NCBI GenBank assembly: GCA_001179505.1
Contig: CDMY01000452.1
Coordinates: forward strand, 10,088-74,087
Length of the DNA: 64,000 nt
Origin: Vitrella brassicaformis CCMP3155
Taxonomy: Eukaryota; Protista; Chromerida
Reading direction: 5' to 3'
Position numbers and translations under genes: made by a program. Positions 61,296-64,000 of this stretch are shown piece by piece; position 1 is the stretch's first letter, and the number at the start of each line of letters is the position of its first letter. The notes beneath the pieces were generated by a model that saw only the letters and a program-made list of their open reading frames with translations, did not search any database and was not told where the DNA came from.

Positions 61296-64000
61296 ATGGG
61301 TGCACCTGCGCCCAGCAGCAAGATCAGCCTGAGCGATGACGAGTCCCCCGCTCTCCTCCGTCTGTCGGGCGCTCAGCAGGGTGTGCGCCTGCCTCAGTGT
61401 GTGGAGGATGCCTACGGCAACACCGCCCACGCAGGGGCCGTCGTCGACACGCGGAGGCCGGAGGGAGCAGATGTGGAGTGCATCCAGCTGAGGGACCTGC
61501 TCGTCGGTCTGGCTCGCCGCATTGGTCTTGAGAAGCCGATCTCGTGGACGCTGTATGGATGCAGACAAATCGTATATGAGGAGGTAACTACACGCGCATT
61601 CACAGACATCGGACACACAAACCACCAGATGCTGTCTGTTTACCATGGTGTTGTGTGGGGTTGTGGCGTGTGTGTGCAGGTGTTGGCATCTCTGCAGCTC
61701 GACAAGCTGTCCGCCGACCAGGCAGAAGCCCTGAGGGAGCATGCCCGGCAGCTGTACGCCGATGCATTCACACAGCAGCTCTGCTCCGTGTACATGTGGA
61801 AGTACCTCAAAATAGTGCTGCTCGTACTCGCTGACAAAATAGAGGTGCGTGGCTGGGCGGGTGGGGAACGCACCGAGGCACAGTCTTTCTCTCCTTTTTT
61901 TCTCAGAATACGAGTGAGGAGCTGGCCAAGGACGTGCAAGCGATCCGCGATGGCGTTCCGCCCAACGGCGTCAGCAAGGAGAGATATGCACAGCTCACAG
62001 AAGGCGCGCCTGATGGCTACTGGCCCCCTCTCCCGCCCCTGCCCCCCGCACGGCCCGAGAGTGAGACCTTTGTCCACTTCGCTCAAGGGGCCTTCAACAT
62101 TCTCATGATGACCAGGCATCGACGCCTCTTTTGGGACCTGGAGATGCAGGCCATGCCGGCCTCCAATATGGACCGCCTGCTGACGCTCTTCCGCCCAAAC
62201 ATGATGACGGAGGAACTGATGGATCAAGGCGGTCAGGTCCAGCCGACGCTCACCATCACCGGCGCGCCCGCCATCAATGGCACCTACACGATTCGACCGG
62301 CACCAGAGCAGACAGCGAGCGAGCGCAACCCACCGGAGGAGGCGACCGCGTTCGTGTGTGGCACGGTGACGCTCGAGCGGCTCGTTTATCCGCAAGGCCA
62401 GGGCAAGGTGGGCGGACTGTGGGTGGCCCATGAAGTGAGACCAAGTCTGGAGCCTTCCCTCCAAGGGCTGGTCACAGTCGACCTCCCTACGTGCATCGCC
62501 TTTGCTCACATCAAGGAGGACGCGTGCGTCCCCGACCATCTGCTGTCCCACCCCGCCGCAGTCAACCCCGCCTTCGAGACGAGCGAGTGGTTCGCTGTCT
62601 GCCCCAAGGGGGAGATCACCAAGCTGGATGGCGTCACCATGACCACCACCCTGCCGCTGCTCGTCTATGTGCCCCGGTCGACAGTGAATGCGACGACGCA
62701 CGAGCCGGGGATCGTCAGGGAGCCGCAGCAGGACAGGCTGCTGTGGTGCGAGTCGCTGTCTGGGTGTCTCAAAGGGGCCAGCAGCCCTCCCGTGGCCTTC
62801 TATGTCAATGCAAGCATGATGCGGCACCTGCCGGCCTCAGCCCGACATACCGAGCGGCTCGTCAGCACCACCGACAGCAGCAGCAGCAGCAGCAAGAGAG
62901 AGGAGGAGGAGCGATCGTCGCCCATTCTGATCAGCGAGGGCGAGCCCGCGGCGGCGCCGCGTTTGAGTGACGAGTACGTCACCATGCCCTTCACGGAGTG
63001 GCCGTTTGCCGCCGTCCTGGCTCTGCTCGAGGACGGCCGCCGCATTGTCGGCGACCATCCGCGAGGCTACGGGGCATACGTGTACGCCGTCCTCGACGAG
63101 AGGCGAGTGCGCGGGCCATGCAACACGTGTGGCAAAGAGCCGCCGCAGCCAAAGGGCTCGGAGGACGCCCCCGCCCCCTTGGTGCACCTCCTGAGGTATA
63201 CCGAGTTGGCCAAGAGAGACCTGACGGGCTCAACAACGGCCGCCCTGGTGGATGCACACGCGGCGTACATTCGGGTAGCGGGTGAGGGGCTGTTTGTGAC
63301 GGACGACACGGACGTGACCCGATGGGAGTGCGGCGCGTGCACGCTTAACTTCATCGAGTCCTGCAGGAGTGTGCCCAACAGGTAGGCACACATGACACAT
63401 GAGTGACTGAATGGATGGATTGGGTGTGGTTTTGATGCATGAGTGTGTCTGTGTCTGTTCGCACAGGCCACCATCTTCGGCGGAGGAGATGAAGGAGATG
63501 GGAATGCGTCTCCTTTCGGCATCGGCCTCCCTGAACCAAAGGCGCAACAGGCAAGGAGGCCACGCAAACATACACAGAAGTGGCTTAATTCTTCCCTTTT
63601 TCATCAACAGCGGCGCCTCTCGCGAGCCCCCGGCCGCCAGCAGCATCTTCCGCGGCATCTTCACTGCCAAGGACAAGACCAAACCCGCACCCACACCAAA
63701 GGCGAAGCCGACATCCAGCCAGCCGCAACGGATCACCAACGCCGCCCTGCCCAGCCCGCCACCCACCCCGCCCACCACACTCGCCACCACCGTCACAGTC
63801 GAGTCCATCCATGAAGCCTTCCCCGACATCGCCACCGTCACGTCGGGTAGAGAGGGCGACAAAGAGCCCTCCGATGAGACGCTGGCCGTCGTGCGGGCCT
63901 TCCTGCAGCACAAGGGAGGGGCGGCGGAGGGCGAGGGTGTCGGCTGTGTCGAGTCGAGTGAGTGCGATGGGGCCCAGGAGCGGGAGACCTACCTGCGGGC
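61296..64000 (+). CDS. Large hypothetical protein (runs off right edge); degenerate RanBP2/NZF-like zinc finger, then an exon paralogous to the 36-40 kb bromo-RING gene
   Basis: ATG 61296 MGAPAP; in-frame splices YEE|VLAS and KIE|NTSE; 483-aa open exon; RWECGACTLN; exon 63610+ matches 40070-40425. Confidence 0.65.

Noticed and set aside
61640-62827. 395-aa antisense ORF
   Set aside because: Shadow of the plus-strand gene.

Overview
Eukaryotic, GC-rich, intron-dense scaffold segment whose short spliceosomal introns are full of (CA)n/(TG)n/(GACA)n repeats. It is most consistent with a photosynthetic alveolate (chromerid, Vitrella-like); this is inference from the style of the introns, a bipartite-leader MGDG synthase and PAN/Apple proteins. 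Recognisable genes: GCN1 (5' part), a cyanobacterial-type CX5R phosphatase, proteasome beta-2 (PSMB7), an SLC35B1-type UDP-sugar transporter, a GT64/EXTL2-like glycosyltransferase, a secreted PAN/Apple-GH3 fusion, an EF-hand protein, MGD1, a second PAN/Apple protein and an IQ-RIIa-EF-hand protein. Between them lie duplicated or decaying lineage-specific genes: a two-copy secreted prepro-protein family whose introns are more conserved than its mature-region exons, a bromodomain-coiled coil-RING gene with an inverted paralog, and a TBC-rhodanese-pseudokinase-TBC-rhodanese locus with several frameshifts. Many genes sit in tight head-to-head pairs. No tRNA, rRNA, CRISPR array or clear transposase was seen. 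Exon boundaries were inferred by eye and are approximate. Two 300-N gaps are present.
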